Below are positions 1 through 12,589 of a stretch of 64,000 nt of DNA, in pieces. Each line of letters starts with the position of its first letter. Position 1 is the stretch's first letter. The notes beneath the pieces were generated by a model. That model ran no database searches and was not told where the DNA came from. It saw nothing but the letters and a program-made list of their open reading frames with translations. The stretch is from Gemmatimonadales bacterium (GTDB lineage Bacteria; Gemmatimonadota; Gemmatimonadetes; Gemmatimonadales; GWC2-71-9), in NCBI GenBank assembly GCA_038250675.1, contig JBBSCB010000002.1, positions 130,658 through 194,657 of the forward strand, in the 5' to 3' direction. The translations under genes were made by a program, and so were the position numbers.

Positions 1-3420
<3,420 letters not shown>

Positions 3421-3433
3421 GGCGGGTCGCCTG

Positions 3434-5287
3434 ATGCGCACGCTGCGTGATCTACTCGAGGACAGCCGGGTCCACGTCGTGGACGGCGCCATGGGCACGA
3501 TGCTCTATGCCCGCGGCGTGTTCCTGAATGTCTGCTACGACGAGCTGAACCTGCGCCAGCCGGACCTGGTGCGCGATATCCACCGCGAGTACGTCCGCGC
3601 CGGCGCCGACCTGATCGAGACCAACACCTTCGGCGCCAACCCGGTGAAGCTCGCCACCCACGGCCTGGCCGACGAGACCGAGCGGATCAATACCGCCGCC
3701 GCGGTGCTCGCGCGGGAAGCCGCCGCGGAGCGGGCCGCCGTCGTCGGCGCGATCGGGCCGCTGGGCGTGCGGCTGGAACCGTTCGGCGCGTTGTCCACGG
3801 CGGAAGCGCGGGACGCCTTCAGCCGGCAGGTCCGCGGCCTGCTCGATGGCGGCGTCAGCGGATTCATCCTCGAGACGTTCAGCGACGTCCACGAGATCGA
3901 GGCGGCGGTGCAGGCGGTGCGAGCGCACTGCGATCTGCCGATCATCGCCCAGATGACCGTCGGTACCGACGGGATGACGCATTACGGCACCGACCCGGAC
4001 GTGTTCGGGCCCGCACTCGAGGCGATGGGCGTTGACGTCATCGGCGTCAACTGCTCGGTCGGACCGGCCGGCGTGCTGGAAGCGGTCGAGAAGCTGAGCC
4101 GGACCGTGGGCGTGCCGATCTCCGCGCAGCCCAATGCCGGTCTTCCGCGCGAGGTGGGCGACCGGAAGATCTACATGGCGAGCCCCGAATACATGGCCAG
4201 CTTTGCGCGGCGAATGGTGGAGTCCGGCGCGCGCTTCGTGGGCGGCTGCTGCGGCACGACGCCGGCGCATATCCGGGAGATCGTCGGATTTGTGCAGAGC
4301 GTTTCCCCACGTCACGCGGCCGGCGCCGCCGTGGCCCCGCTGCCGGCGGCCGCGCTCGAGCCGGTCCCGCTCGCCGAACGGTCGCGACTCGCGGCCCGGC
4401 TGGCGCGGGGGGACTTCATCACGACGGTGGAGATCGTGCCGCCCCGCGGCGTGAACCCCGAGCCGATGTACGAGCAGGTCCGGCAGCTCAAGGCCGCCGG
4501 CGTGGACGCGGTCAACGTCCCCGACGGGCCGCGGGCCCAGAGCCGGATGGGTGCCTTGCTCTCCGGCCTCCTGATCCAGCGGGAAGTGGGGATGGAAGCG
4601 GTGGTCCACTACGCCTGCCGCGACCGCAACCTGCTGGGCATGCTCTCCGACCTGCTCGGTGCGGCGGCAAGCGGGCTCAACAACCTGCTGCTCATCACCG
4701 GCGATCCGCCCAAGATGGGACCGTATCCCGACGCGACGGCGGTGTTCGACATCGACGCGATCGGGCTGACCAACCTGGTGGCGCGGCTCAACCGAGGCCT
4801 CGATCCGGGCGGGAACCCGCTGGGCGACCGCACCCGGTTTCTCATCGGCGTCGGGGTCAACCCTGCGGCCACCGATCTCGAGCGCGAGCTCAAGCGATTT
4901 GCGTGGAAGGCCGAGGCCGGTGCTGAATACGCGGTGACGCAGCCGGTGTTCGACCTGGACCAGCTCGACCGGTTTCTGGCGCGGGTCGAGCCCTTCAGGG
5001 TGCCGATCGTCGCCGGTATCTGGCCGCTGGTCTCGCTGCGCAACGCCGAGTTTCTGGCCAATGAGGTGCCCGGCATCAGTGTGCCCGATGCCGTACTCGA
5101 CCGGATGCGCCGGGCCAGTGCCGTCGGCAAGGACGCGGCGCTGGAGGAAGGCGTGCTGATCGCTCGGGAGATGCTGGCCGCGGTGTCGGAGCGGGTGCAG
5201 GGCGTGCAGGTCTCGGCGCCGCTCGGCCGGGTTCCGGTGGCGCTCGAGGTGCTGGCCGGTGCGCCGGGGCTGGGCAGCGTCCGTTGA
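3434..5287 (+). CDS. bifunctional homocysteine S-methyltransferase / 5,10-methylenetetrahydrofolate reductase (YitJ-like fusion)
   Basis: The N-terminal half is a Hcy-binding domain ([18 protein letters not shown]). The C-terminal half is MTHFR-like (TVEIVPPRG, ITGDPP). It starts 13 nt after metH. Confidence 0.85.
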   Translation: MRTLRDLLEDSRVHVVDGAMGTMLYARGVFLNVCYDELNLRQPDLVRDIHREYVRAGADLIETNTFGANPVKLATHGLADETERINTAAAVLAREAAAERAAVVGAIGPLGVRLEPFGALSTAEARDAFSRQVRGLLDGGVSGFILETFSDVHEIEAAVQAVRAHCDLPIIAQMTVGTDGMTHYGTDPDVFGPALEAMGVDVIGVNCSVGPAGVLEAVEKLSRTVGVPISAQPNAGLPREVGDRKIYMASPEYMASFARRMVESGARFVGGCCGTTPAHIREIVGFVQSVSPRHAAGAAVAPLPAAALEPVPLAERSRLAARLARGDFITTVEIVPPRGVNPEPMYEQVRQLKAAGVDAVNVPDGPRAQSRMGALLSGLLIQREVGMEAVVHYACRDRNLLGMLSDLLGAAASGLNNLLLITGDPPKMGPYPDATAVFDIDAIGLTNLVARLNRGLDPGGNPLGDRTRFLIGVGVNPAATDLERELKRFAWKAEAGAEYAVTQPVFDLDQLDRFLARVEPFRVPIVAGIWPLVSLRNAEFLANEVPGISVPDAVLDRMRRASAVGKDAALEEGVLIAREMLAAVSERVQGVQVSAPLGRVPVALEVLAGAPGLGSVR

Positions 5288-5357
5288 AGCGCCGCCCCGG
5301 CCGCGGTATGTTGCCGCGGACGGCCGGCGCCACTCTACCACCACAGCGGAGCCCCTC

Positions 5358-6521
5358 ATGCAGGACGTGACCACTGCGACTCAGGCACTCACCGTGATGT
5401 CCGAAGAGGAAGCGATGTTTCGGGACGCGGTGCGCGATTTTGCCGAGTCCGAGGTTCGGCCCTATGTGTCGGCCATGGATGAGGCGGCCAAGTTCAACGC
5501 GGACATCATCCCCAAGTTCTTCGAGCTCGGGCTCATGGGCATCGAGGTGCCGGAGCGCTGGGGCGGCGCCGACGGCTCGATCTTCATGGCGACGATCGCG
5601 ATCGAGGAGCTGGCGCGGGTGGATGCGTCGGCCGCCATTTACGTCGATGTCCACAACACGCTGGTCAACAACGCGGTGCTCCGCTGGGGCAGTGAGGAAC
5701 AGAAGGCGCGGTACTTCCCCCGGCTCACCAGCGACCTGCTCGGCGCTTTCGCGCTGAGCGAGCCGAACAGCGGGAGCGATGCGTTTGCACTGGAGACGCG
5801 GGCCGAGCGCAAGGACGGCCACTGGGAGCTCACCGGGCGCAAGTTCTGGATCACCAACGGTGGCGAGGCGGGGTTCTTCATCGTCTTTGCCAACACCGAT
5901 TTTTCGAAGGGCTACAAGGGAATCACCGGTTTCCTGGTGGAGCGCGACTTCCCCGGATTTGCCGTCGGGAAGAAGGAGAACAAGCTCGGCATCCGGGCCT
6001 CGAGCACGACCGAGCTGATTCTCGAGCAGTGCCAGGTGCCGGACGCCAACGTGCTGGGCCCGGTGGGCCAGGGCTACAAAATCTCGATCGAAACGCTCAA
6101 CGAGGGACGCATCGGCATCGGCGCGCAGATGATCGGCGTGGCCCGCGGCGCACTGGACGCCGCCATCGCCTACCTCAAGGAGCGCCAGCAGTTCGGCAAG
6201 CCGATCGTCGAGTTCCAGGCGGTGCAGTTTCAGCTGGCCCAGCTCGCGACCGACCTCGAGGCGGCGCGCCTCATGGTGTACAACGCCGCGCGGCTCAAGG
6301 ATTCGGGCCGGCCGTTTGCGCAGGAGGCGGCGATGGCCAAGCTGTTCAGCTCCCAGATGGCGGACCGGACGACGTCCACCTGCCTGGAACTCTTTGGCGG
6401 GTATGGGTATTCCAAGGAGTATCCGGCGGAGAAGTTCTACCGCGATGCCAAGATCGGGACGATTTACGAGGGGACGAGCAACATGCAACTCCAGACGATC
6501 GCCAAAACGCTGCTGCGTTGA
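5358..6521 (+). CDS. acyl-CoA dehydrogenase (short/branched-chain type)
   Basis: Typical ACAD sequence throughout (FALSEPNSGSDA, WITNGG, QFGKPI, IYEGTSNMQL). I chose the ATG at 5358, because the ORF-track start at 5259 overlaps the upstream gene and encodes Arg-rich junk. Confidence 0.9.
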   Translation: MQDVTTATQALTVMSEEEAMFRDAVRDFAESEVRPYVSAMDEAAKFNADIIPKFFELGLMGIEVPERWGGADGSIFMATIAIEELARVDASAAIYVDVHNTLVNNAVLRWGSEEQKARYFPRLTSDLLGAFALSEPNSGSDAFALETRAERKDGHWELTGRKFWITNGGEAGFFIVFANTDFSKGYKGITGFLVERDFPGFAVGKKENKLGIRASSTTELILEQCQVPDANVLGPVGQGYKISIETLNEGRIGIGAQMIGVARGALDAAIAYLKERQQFGKPIVEFQAVQFQLAQLATDLEAARLMVYNAARLKDSGRPFAQEAAMAKLFSSQMADRTTSTCLELFGGYGYSKEYPAEKFYRDAKIGTIYEGTSNMQLQTIAKTLLR

Positions 6522-6558
6522 CCCGCAGCGCTCTCGGCACTGTCATCTCACGACGCAC

Positions 6559-6581
6559 GGGCGCCGGCAGTGCCGGCTCCC
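6559..6581 (+). terminator. GC-rich hairpin downstream of the acyl-CoA dehydrogenase gene
   Basis: gggcgccggca / tgccggctccc is a near-perfect inverted repeat 38 nt after the stop codon. No U-tract follows it. Confidence 0.3.
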
Positions 6582-7091
6582 GTCGCATATCCGGTCATCG
6601 AGGCGGGCTCTTCCTGCTCGGAGCCGACATCCGTATCGCGATCCGGTACGGCGCCACCATCGTCGCGACCGGCGTGCTCACATGATCCGTCGTGCTGCGA
6701 TATGCGACGGCCGCCGTGTCACGCATGGGCGCGTCGCAATCTCGCGGAGCGTCGCCGCCGCTACGACGGCGGCCGTTTCCGGCATCGATCGGATCATGCG
6801 TGGCCTCGGTCCGAAGCTCGTATATGCAGTGACTACCCGTCATCCCAGGTCGCACGTTTCAACCGCTCGGTGAGCGCAGTCACGCCGGCGCCACAACGCG
6901 AGGCGTCCATGCGTCACCGCGCGGGTGAGTCGGGCGCCCTACACTGAGGCAAGAGGGCCTGGAACTTGCACCCCGTCGGCGTCGTCCAGAGGGGTGAGGG
7001 AGCGCGCTCGGACTGGGCGCGGGGCTGGCTCACCCGGCTGGAACGCGTCGCAGGATGATGCGTAAGCCCCTCGTTGTATTGAGTTTGTGTA

Positions 7092-7120
7092 TTGACAGAC
7101 CGGGTGGGTGATGCAATAGT
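7092..7120 (+). promoter_or_regulatory. sigma70-type promoter candidate for the PBP4 gene
   Basis: TTGACA (7092-7097), a 17-nt spacer ending in TGc, then AATAGT (7115-7120). It sits in a locally AT-rich patch about 90 nt upstream of the ATG at 7211. Confidence 0.4.
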
Positions 7121-7210
7121 TTGCGGTGGTCTTTCCCGCCGTTCGCTCGCCGGGTCCCAGGTCGCCATAGCCAGCAGATTTTTCCTGTAACGGAGCCACA
7201 TTATTCCGTG

Positions 7211-8767
7211 ATGCCAGGCCGTCCCGCGTTTACGTTCCCCGCGCAGCCGTTCCGCGCTTTCGCCCTCGTCGCGGCCCTCGCCGCCGGCGTGGCCACCTCG
7301 CTGACGGCACAGGACGACCAGTCCTGGCTCGAGTCGCATCTCACGAGCTGGTACCAGGGCGCCTCCCGCAGCGCGCCCGGCACCTGGGGCATCGCGGTCG
7401 CCGACCAGCAGGGCCGCATGCTCTGGAGCATCCGTCCCGACGAACCGCTCATTCCCGCGTCGACCGTCAAGCTGTTCACGACCGGCTTTGCCCGAAGCGT
7501 CCTGGGCGGCGCGGCGCGCCGGCCCACCCGTGTGGTCGGCATTGGCCACCTGAACACCGCGACCGGTCAGTGGATCGGCCCCTGGGCGCTGGAACTGAAC
7601 GGCGACGTCACGCTCGAGCGCGAGGAAGGTGCCGGCCCGACGCTGCTGGATCTGGCGCAGCAACTGGCGCACGCCGGCGTCCGCCGGATCACCGGTCCCC
7701 TGCAGGTTCGCAGCGAAGACGGGCCGGCCGACGCGGTGTATCCGTCGGTCTGGTCATCGCGGCACCGCGGTCGGCTGTTCGCGCCGCTCGTCGGGCCGCT
7801 GACGCTGCACGAGAACGTGGTCTGGTTCACGGTCCGGCCGGGCGCCAGGGTGGGGCAGCGGGCCCAACTGGTGGAGGAATCGCCCGCTGGCATCGGCTCG
7901 ATCGTGACTGTCACGGCCAAGACGCGCGCGGGACGCCGGACGGCGCTGGCCTTCCGGGCCCGCTCCGACGGCGGCTGGGTGGTAAGCGGCACCATCGGCG
8001 TGCGGGCCGGTGCGCGGCGGTTTACCACGGTTACGCAGGACCCCAAGGCGGTGCTGGGCGCGGCGTGGGCCTATGCGCTTCGCGAGGTCGGCATCACCTG
8101 GACCCAGGGCGGCTCATCCGCGATGGGGCCCGGCGTGCCGCGGGTGCTGGCGGAGGTCAATTCGCCGACGTTCGACTCGGTGGCGAGCGAGGTCAACCGG
8201 CGCAGCCTCAACCTGGGCGCCGAGCTCCTGCTGCAATGGGCCGCGGGACGCGGGGCCCAGGCCCCGGCCGCACTGGTCCAGCACATCCGGGACATCACCG
8301 GCGAGCGGGACGGCGTGCATCTGGTTGATGGCAGCGGCCTGTCCAGCCAGGATCGGGTGACGCCATCGGCGTTCGTGGCATATCTGGCCCGGTTTCCCAA
8401 CACGCCCGCGGGGCGCAATTTCCCGCTGCTCCTTCCGGCCAACGGGTCAGGCACGCTGCGGCGGCTCAACACCGGCTTCCCCGGTGCCGGCGTCGTGCGG
8501 GCCAAGACGGGGACGCTCAACGACGTCTCCACAGTGGTCGGCTATCTCGGACGGCCCGACGGGGTGCTCCTGGTCTCGCTGATGTACAACGGGCCACGTC
8601 CCTGGAACGCGCGGCAGGCCCAGTGGCAGCTCTTCCGCCTGCTCGGGGCGGACGGCGTCGTGATTCCGGCCGACAACACGCCGGACAACCCGCTCCAGTT
8701 CGGCAGCGAGCCCACCGTCTCGCCCAAGTGGTGGCAGCCCACACTGCCGGCCGACAGCGCGCGCTAA
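7211..8767 (+). CDS. dacB: D-alanyl-D-alanine carboxypeptidase/endopeptidase (PBP4, peptidase S13)
   Basis: Signal peptide, SxxK motif (ASTVKLF), DGSGLS and KTG (AKTGTL). The start is set at ATG 7211, which gives a signal-peptide-like N-terminus. Confidence 0.85.
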   Translation: MPGRPAFTFPAQPFRAFALVAALAAGVATSLTAQDDQSWLESHLTSWYQGASRSAPGTWGIAVADQQGRMLWSIRPDEPLIPASTVKLFTTGFARSVLGGAARRPTRVVGIGHLNTATGQWIGPWALELNGDVTLEREEGAGPTLLDLAQQLAHAGVRRITGPLQVRSEDGPADAVYPSVWSSRHRGRLFAPLVGPLTLHENVVWFTVRPGARVGQRAQLVEESPAGIGSIVTVTAKTRAGRRTALAFRARSDGGWVVSGTIGVRAGARRFTTVTQDPKAVLGAAWAYALREVGITWTQGGSSAMGPGVPRVLAEVNSPTFDSVASEVNRRSLNLGAELLLQWAAGRGAQAPAALVQHIRDITGERDGVHLVDGSGLSSQDRVTPSAFVAYLARFPNTPAGRNFPLLLPANGSGTLRRLNTGFPGAGVVRAKTGTLNDVSTVVGYLGRPDGVLLVSLMYNGPRPWNARQAQWQLFRLLGADGVVIPADNTPDNPLQFGSEPTVSPKWWQPTLPADSAR

Positions 8768-8803
8768 GCACGCACGCGCCAAGCACGATCGACAGCAACG
8801 ACT

Positions 8804-8833
8804 AAACGGGGGCGCCTATGGCGCCCCCGTTTT
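8804..8833. terminator. bidirectional rho-independent terminator between convergent genes
   Basis: aaa-cgggggcgcc-tat-ggcgcccccg-tttt: a perfect 10-bp GC stem and 3-nt loop, flanked by an A-tract and a T-tract. Confidence 0.7.
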
Positions 8834-8854
8834 CGTTGTGTGCCGCCCCGCGTG

Positions 8855-9076
8855 TCAGGTGCGGCGCGCGCCGGCGGCGATGAGTACGATGCCACCCACC
8901 ACGGCGATGCCGCTCAGAATCGGCGAAATCGGCACTGAATGCGTGCGTTCGGCGGTGGCCTGAATCGGACCCATGTCCAGCACCTTTTCGTGCCGGGTGA
9001 ACGAAAATCCACCCAGCGCGAACCCCACGATCCCCAGGACCAGCAGGACCAATCCCGCCAGGGTTGCAACTTTCAT
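8855..9076 (-). CDS. small two-TM membrane protein, function unknown
   Basis: 73 aa with hydrophobic helices at both ends. It lies 7 nt downstream of the preceding small membrane-protein gene. Confidence 0.6.
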   Translation of the reverse strand: MKVATLAGLVLLVLGIVGFALGGFSFTRHEKVLDMGPIQATAERTHSVPISPILSGIAVVGGIVLIAAGARRT

Positions 9077-9083
9077 GGCGCGG

Positions 9084-9236
9084 TCAGGCGATCGGTCGCC
9101 GGCCCTGGATCACGCGGATCAGGACGACGACGATGGCGAGGACCAGCAGGACGTGGATGAACCCGCCCATGGTGTAGGACGTGACTACGCCCAGCAGCCA
9201 TAGAACCAGCAGAATGACGAAGATCGTCCAGAGCAT
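9084..9236 (-). CDS. small membrane protein (lmo0937-like, 50 aa)
   Basis: MLWTIFVILLVLWLLGVV...GGFIHVLLVLAIVVVLIRVIQGRR matches the pattern of this small-protein family. The internal ATG at 9236 is used because the upstream part of the ORF is Arg/Pro junk. Confidence 0.6.
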   Translation of the reverse strand: MLWTIFVILLVLWLLGVVTSYTMGGFIHVLLVLAIVVVLIRVIQGRRPIA

Positions 9237-9405
9237 GCGCCCTCCTCGCAAGGAATGTCCAACTCGATGACGGCGGCGGCCGTGTCGACTGATGGCCCAA
9301 GCTAGCCGCGAACCCGGCGGGGGGCGGTGACAGCCATCACCCGGGTGCTGGACGCGGTGACCCCGCAGCCCTAGCTTCCGACTCCCCCACGAGCGGACGG
9401 ACGTG

Positions 9406-11583
9406 ATGGCGAGCAACGCCCTTCCCCAGCCCGACTATCAGCCGTACGTCTCGCCGGGGCAGTCGCCGGCCGAGCTGACGGTGCGTGCGGTGGTCCTGGG
9501 CTCCGTGCTCGGCGTCGTGTTCGCCGCCTCCAGCGTCTATCTCGCACTCAAGATCGGTCTCACGGTCTCGGCCTCGATTCCGATCGCCGTCCTCGCCGTG
9601 GCGGTCTTCCGGACGCTGGGACGCTCGACGATCCTCGAAAACAACATCGTCCAGACGACCGGGTCGGCATCCGACTCCATCGCCGCGGGGGTGGTGTTCA
9701 CGCTGCCCGCCATCCTCCTGATGGGCTACGACCTCAGCGTCTCCAAGATCACGGTGATCGCGCTGGTCGGCGGCGTGCTCGGCGTGCTCATGATGATTCC
9801 GCTGCGCAAGGCGCTCATCGTGAAGGAGCACCACACGCTCCGCTATCCCGAGGGAACCGCCTGCGCGGAAGTGCTGATCGCCGGCGAGCGGGGCGGACTG
9901 CAGGCCAGGCTGTTATTCCAGGCGTTCGGCCTGGCCTTCGCCTACAAGTTTCTCATGGCGGGGCTGCAGGTCTGGAAGGAATATCCCGGGCGGGTCTCCA
10001 CGTTCTACAACGGCGCGTCGATCTCGGCCGAGGTCTCCCCCGAGCTGATGGGCGTGGGCTACATCATCGGACCCCGGATCGCCGGCTTCCTCTTTGCGGG
10101 CGGCTGTCTCGCATATCTGGTCCTCATCCCCGCCATCAAGCTCTTCGGCGCCGGACTCACCGCACCGATCTTTGCCGAGACCAAACTCATTGCCGAGATG
10201 AGCCCGGGCGAGGTGCGAGCCAATTTCGTCTTCTACATCGGTGCCGGCGCCGTCGCATCGGCCGGCATCATCGCGCTGCTGCGCTCCCTGCCCACCATCG
10301 CGGGGGCCTTCCGGTCCGGCTTTGCCGACCTGCGATCGAGCTTGGGAGTCGCGGTCACCCGGCTGCGCACCGAGACGGATCTGCCGATCTGGGTCACACT
10401 GGCCGGCTCGCTCGGGCTGGCCCTGCTGCTGGCGGTGCTGCCCCAGGTGGGCGTCAACCTCCTCGGCGCGGTGCTGATCGTCGTGTTCGGCTTCTTCTTC
10501 GTGGTGGTGTCGTCCCGCATCACCGGCGAGATCGGCACGAGCGCCAATCCCATTTCCGGCATGACGATCGCCGCGCTGATCGGCACCACATCGATCTTCC
10601 TGCTGATCGGCTGGACCGGCGTGGACCACCGGGTCGGCGCCCTGTCGATTGCGGGCGTGATCGCCGTGGCGGCGAGCAACGCCGGCGCCACCAGCCAGGA
10701 CCTCAAGACCGGCTTCCTGGTGGGCGCCACACCCTGGCGCCAGCAGATTGCGATCATCATCGGTGTCGTCACATCCGCCATGGCGATCGGCTGGACGCTG
10801 ACGCTGCTCAACGCCACCTACACCAACATCGTCCCCGAGCAGCATCCCGGCGTGGTGCTCCAGGCCTCGGCGCCGGGCGTCGCCAACCGCTCGGCCACCG
10901 CCACCGGCGAGCATCTCACCCATGCCGGACGCGAGTGGGAGGTGGTCCGGGTCAACATCCCGACGGACGGGGTGCAGCCGGGGAAGTATCTGCTGGATCC
11001 GGGCACCAGGGAAATTGCGTATCTGGTGGACCCGGGCATCGGCGGTCGCATCCGCGAGCTCAACGGCAAGCCGATCACCAAGCTCGATTCGCCCAAGGCC
11101 ACGATCATGGCGCTGGTCACCAACGGCATCCTGACGCGGAAGCTGCCCTGGGGGCTGGTGCTGATCGGCGTGTTCATCACGTTGTCCATCGAGCTCATGG
11201 GACTGCCGTCGCTTCCGGTGGCCGTGGGCGTCTATCTGCCGATCTCGACCTCATGCGCCATGTTCGCCGGCGGCGCGGTGCGCTGGCTGGTGGAGCGGCG
11301 TTCACGCGGAGGGGAGCGCTCGCTCGCAGAGATTGAGTCGGGGCCCGGTGTGCTGTTTTCCAGCGGGCTGATCGCCGGCGGCTCCATCGCCGGGATCGCG
11401 GTGGCGGCGGCGGCGGCGGCGTTCGTCCGGCAGGCCGAGGTGGCGCAGGTGCCGGCGGCGGATTATCTCGCGCAGGCGGCGGGGCTCTCGCACATGCTGG
11501 GCGGCTTTGCCACGAGCGATCTGGTGGCGACGGTCATGTTCTGCCTGCTGGGACTGGTGCTCTACCGGGTCGCGAGACGATGA
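9406..11583 (+). CDS. OPT family oligopeptide transporter
   Basis: About 725 aa and polytopic. The N-terminus (ELTVRAVVLGSVLGVVFAASSVYLALKIGLTVSASIP) and overall layout are typical of OPT. A GTG at 9403 is an alternative start. Confidence 0.9.
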   Translation: MASNALPQPDYQPYVSPGQSPAELTVRAVVLGSVLGVVFAASSVYLALKIGLTVSASIPIAVLAVAVFRTLGRSTILENNIVQTTGSASDSIAAGVVFTLPAILLMGYDLSVSKITVIALVGGVLGVLMMIPLRKALIVKEHHTLRYPEGTACAEVLIAGERGGLQARLLFQAFGLAFAYKFLMAGLQVWKEYPGRVSTFYNGASISAEVSPELMGVGYIIGPRIAGFLFAGGCLAYLVLIPAIKLFGAGLTAPIFAETKLIAEMSPGEVRANFVFYIGAGAVASAGIIALLRSLPTIAGAFRSGFADLRSSLGVAVTRLRTETDLPIWVTLAGSLGLALLLAVLPQVGVNLLGAVLIVVFGFFFVVVSSRITGEIGTSANPISGMTIAALIGTTSIFLLIGWTGVDHRVGALSIAGVIAVAASNAGATSQDLKTGFLVGATPWRQQIAIIIGVVTSAMAIGWTLTLLNATYTNIVPEQHPGVVLQASAPGVANRSATATGEHLTHAGREWEVVRVNIPTDGVQPGKYLLDPGTREIAYLVDPGIGGRIRELNGKPITKLDSPKATIMALVTNGILTRKLPWGLVLIGVFITLSIELMGLPSLPVAVGVYLPISTSCAMFAGGAVRWLVERRSRGGERSLAEIESGPGVLFSSGLIAGGSIAGIAVAAAAAAFVRQAEVAQVPAADYLAQAAGLSHMLGGFATSDLVATVMFCLLGLVLYRVARR

Positions 11584-11614
11584 CGGCCGGCCGAACGACC
11601 GCGGACCGGCGCGG

Positions 11615-12049
11615 ATGACGCCGCCGACCCGGCCCCAGCCCCGACCGAGCGTGGTGGCCCGGATCATCCACGCAGCGATGATGGTCGGCGTGATCCTCCT
11701 GACCGCGGTGGCGTGGCTCATCGCGCACCAGCGCGGCGGATCGGCGGGGCGGGGGCCGAACGTCGGCCCGCTGTACATTCCGCTGGCGGTCATGGCGATC
11801 GGGACGTTCGCGGGCGCGTTCGTCGTTGCCGGTCGCCTGCCTCCGCCCGCGCCAGGCCAGACCGCCGAGGCCTGGTGGACGGCGCACCAGACCCAGGCCA
11901 CGATCATCTGGGCGCTGGTGGAGGCGCCCGCGCTGTTTGCCGGGGTGATCTATCTCACTGGCGGCGATCCGCGCGCGCTGCTCGTCACCCTCGCCGCGTT
12001 GGCGCTCTTTCTCCACTTTGCGCCGGGCCGCCTGGCCGGCCAGGCCTGA
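11615..12049 (+). CDS. hypothetical membrane protein (about 4 TM)
   Basis: Hydrophobic segments and high GC3. The start is set at ATG 11615, just after the OPT stop codon. Confidence 0.5.
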   Translation: MTPPTRPQPRPSVVARIIHAAMMVGVILLTAVAWLIAHQRGGSAGRGPNVGPLYIPLAVMAIGTFAGAFVVAGRLPPPAPGQTAEAWWTAHQTQATIIWALVEAPALFAGVIYLTGGDPRALLVTLAALALFLHFAPGRLAGQA

Positions 12050-12145
12050 CGACGCGATGCGACCGCGTGATCGCATGCCGCGCGTCGCATGACGCGCAGT
12101 TGACGGGCGATCACGACATTTCATTCACCATCGAGGCAGACAACC

Positions 12146-12589
12146 ATGCAGTTGCAGAAGGACATGCCGGATCATCATGACGCCGAGCTGATCATCAAGC
12201 TGTATGACCTCCGCCGGGAGGCGGTGATGCGGCAGTCGCGGCACGCGCTGAACGCCGATTACTGGCCCCGGTCCGCCGAGGAAGCCACCGCCGTCCTCAA
12301 GCCGGAGCATCCGCTGAATGCCGCCTTCCGGCAGGTCGCGGGATACTGGGAAATGGTCTACGGCATGGCACGGCACGGCATCGTGCACGCCGACTATCTG
12401 GTCGAGAACAGCGGCGAAGGGCTGTTCCTCTTCTGTCGCGTCGAGCCGTTCCTCGCGGCGATACGTGAAGCGCATTCGCCCCGCATGTTTCAGCACACCG
12501 AGTGGGTAGCCTTGGAGACCGCCGTGGGCCGGGGCATGATGGAAGGCTTCCGCGCGCGGCTGGCGCGCCGGGCCAAGGGAGCCAAATGA
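12146..12589 (+). CDS. conserved hypothetical protein
   Basis: 147-aa soluble-looking ORF with coding-like codon usage. Its TGA overlaps the ATG of the M42 peptidase gene (ATGA at 12586-12589). Confidence 0.6.
   Translation: MQLQKDMPDHHDAELIIKLYDLRREAVMRQSRHALNADYWPRSAEEATAVLKPEHPLNAAFRQVAGYWEMVYGMARHGIVHADYLVENSGEGLFLFCRVEPFLAAIREAHSPRMFQHTEWVALETAVGRGMMEGFRARLARRAKGAK

Noticed and set aside
6581-6707. 12-nt perfect inverted repeat ccgtcgcatatc / gatatgcgacgg, with the arms 103 nt apart.
   Set aside because: The arms do not extend. By a rough estimate, about one such local match is expected by chance in 64 kb.
11395-11420. (GCG)n run, considered as a possible repeat or CRISPR-like signal.
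   Set aside because: It is a simple in-frame poly-Ala stretch inside the OPT transporter. There are no spaced repeats anywhere in the window.
12051-12093. Cluster of TCGCAT motifs forming a 7-bp stem after the membrane-protein gene, considered as a possible operator or terminator.
   Set aside because: The stem is short, the loop is 20 nt, and there is no U-tract. It cannot be distinguished from chance in GC-rich sequence.
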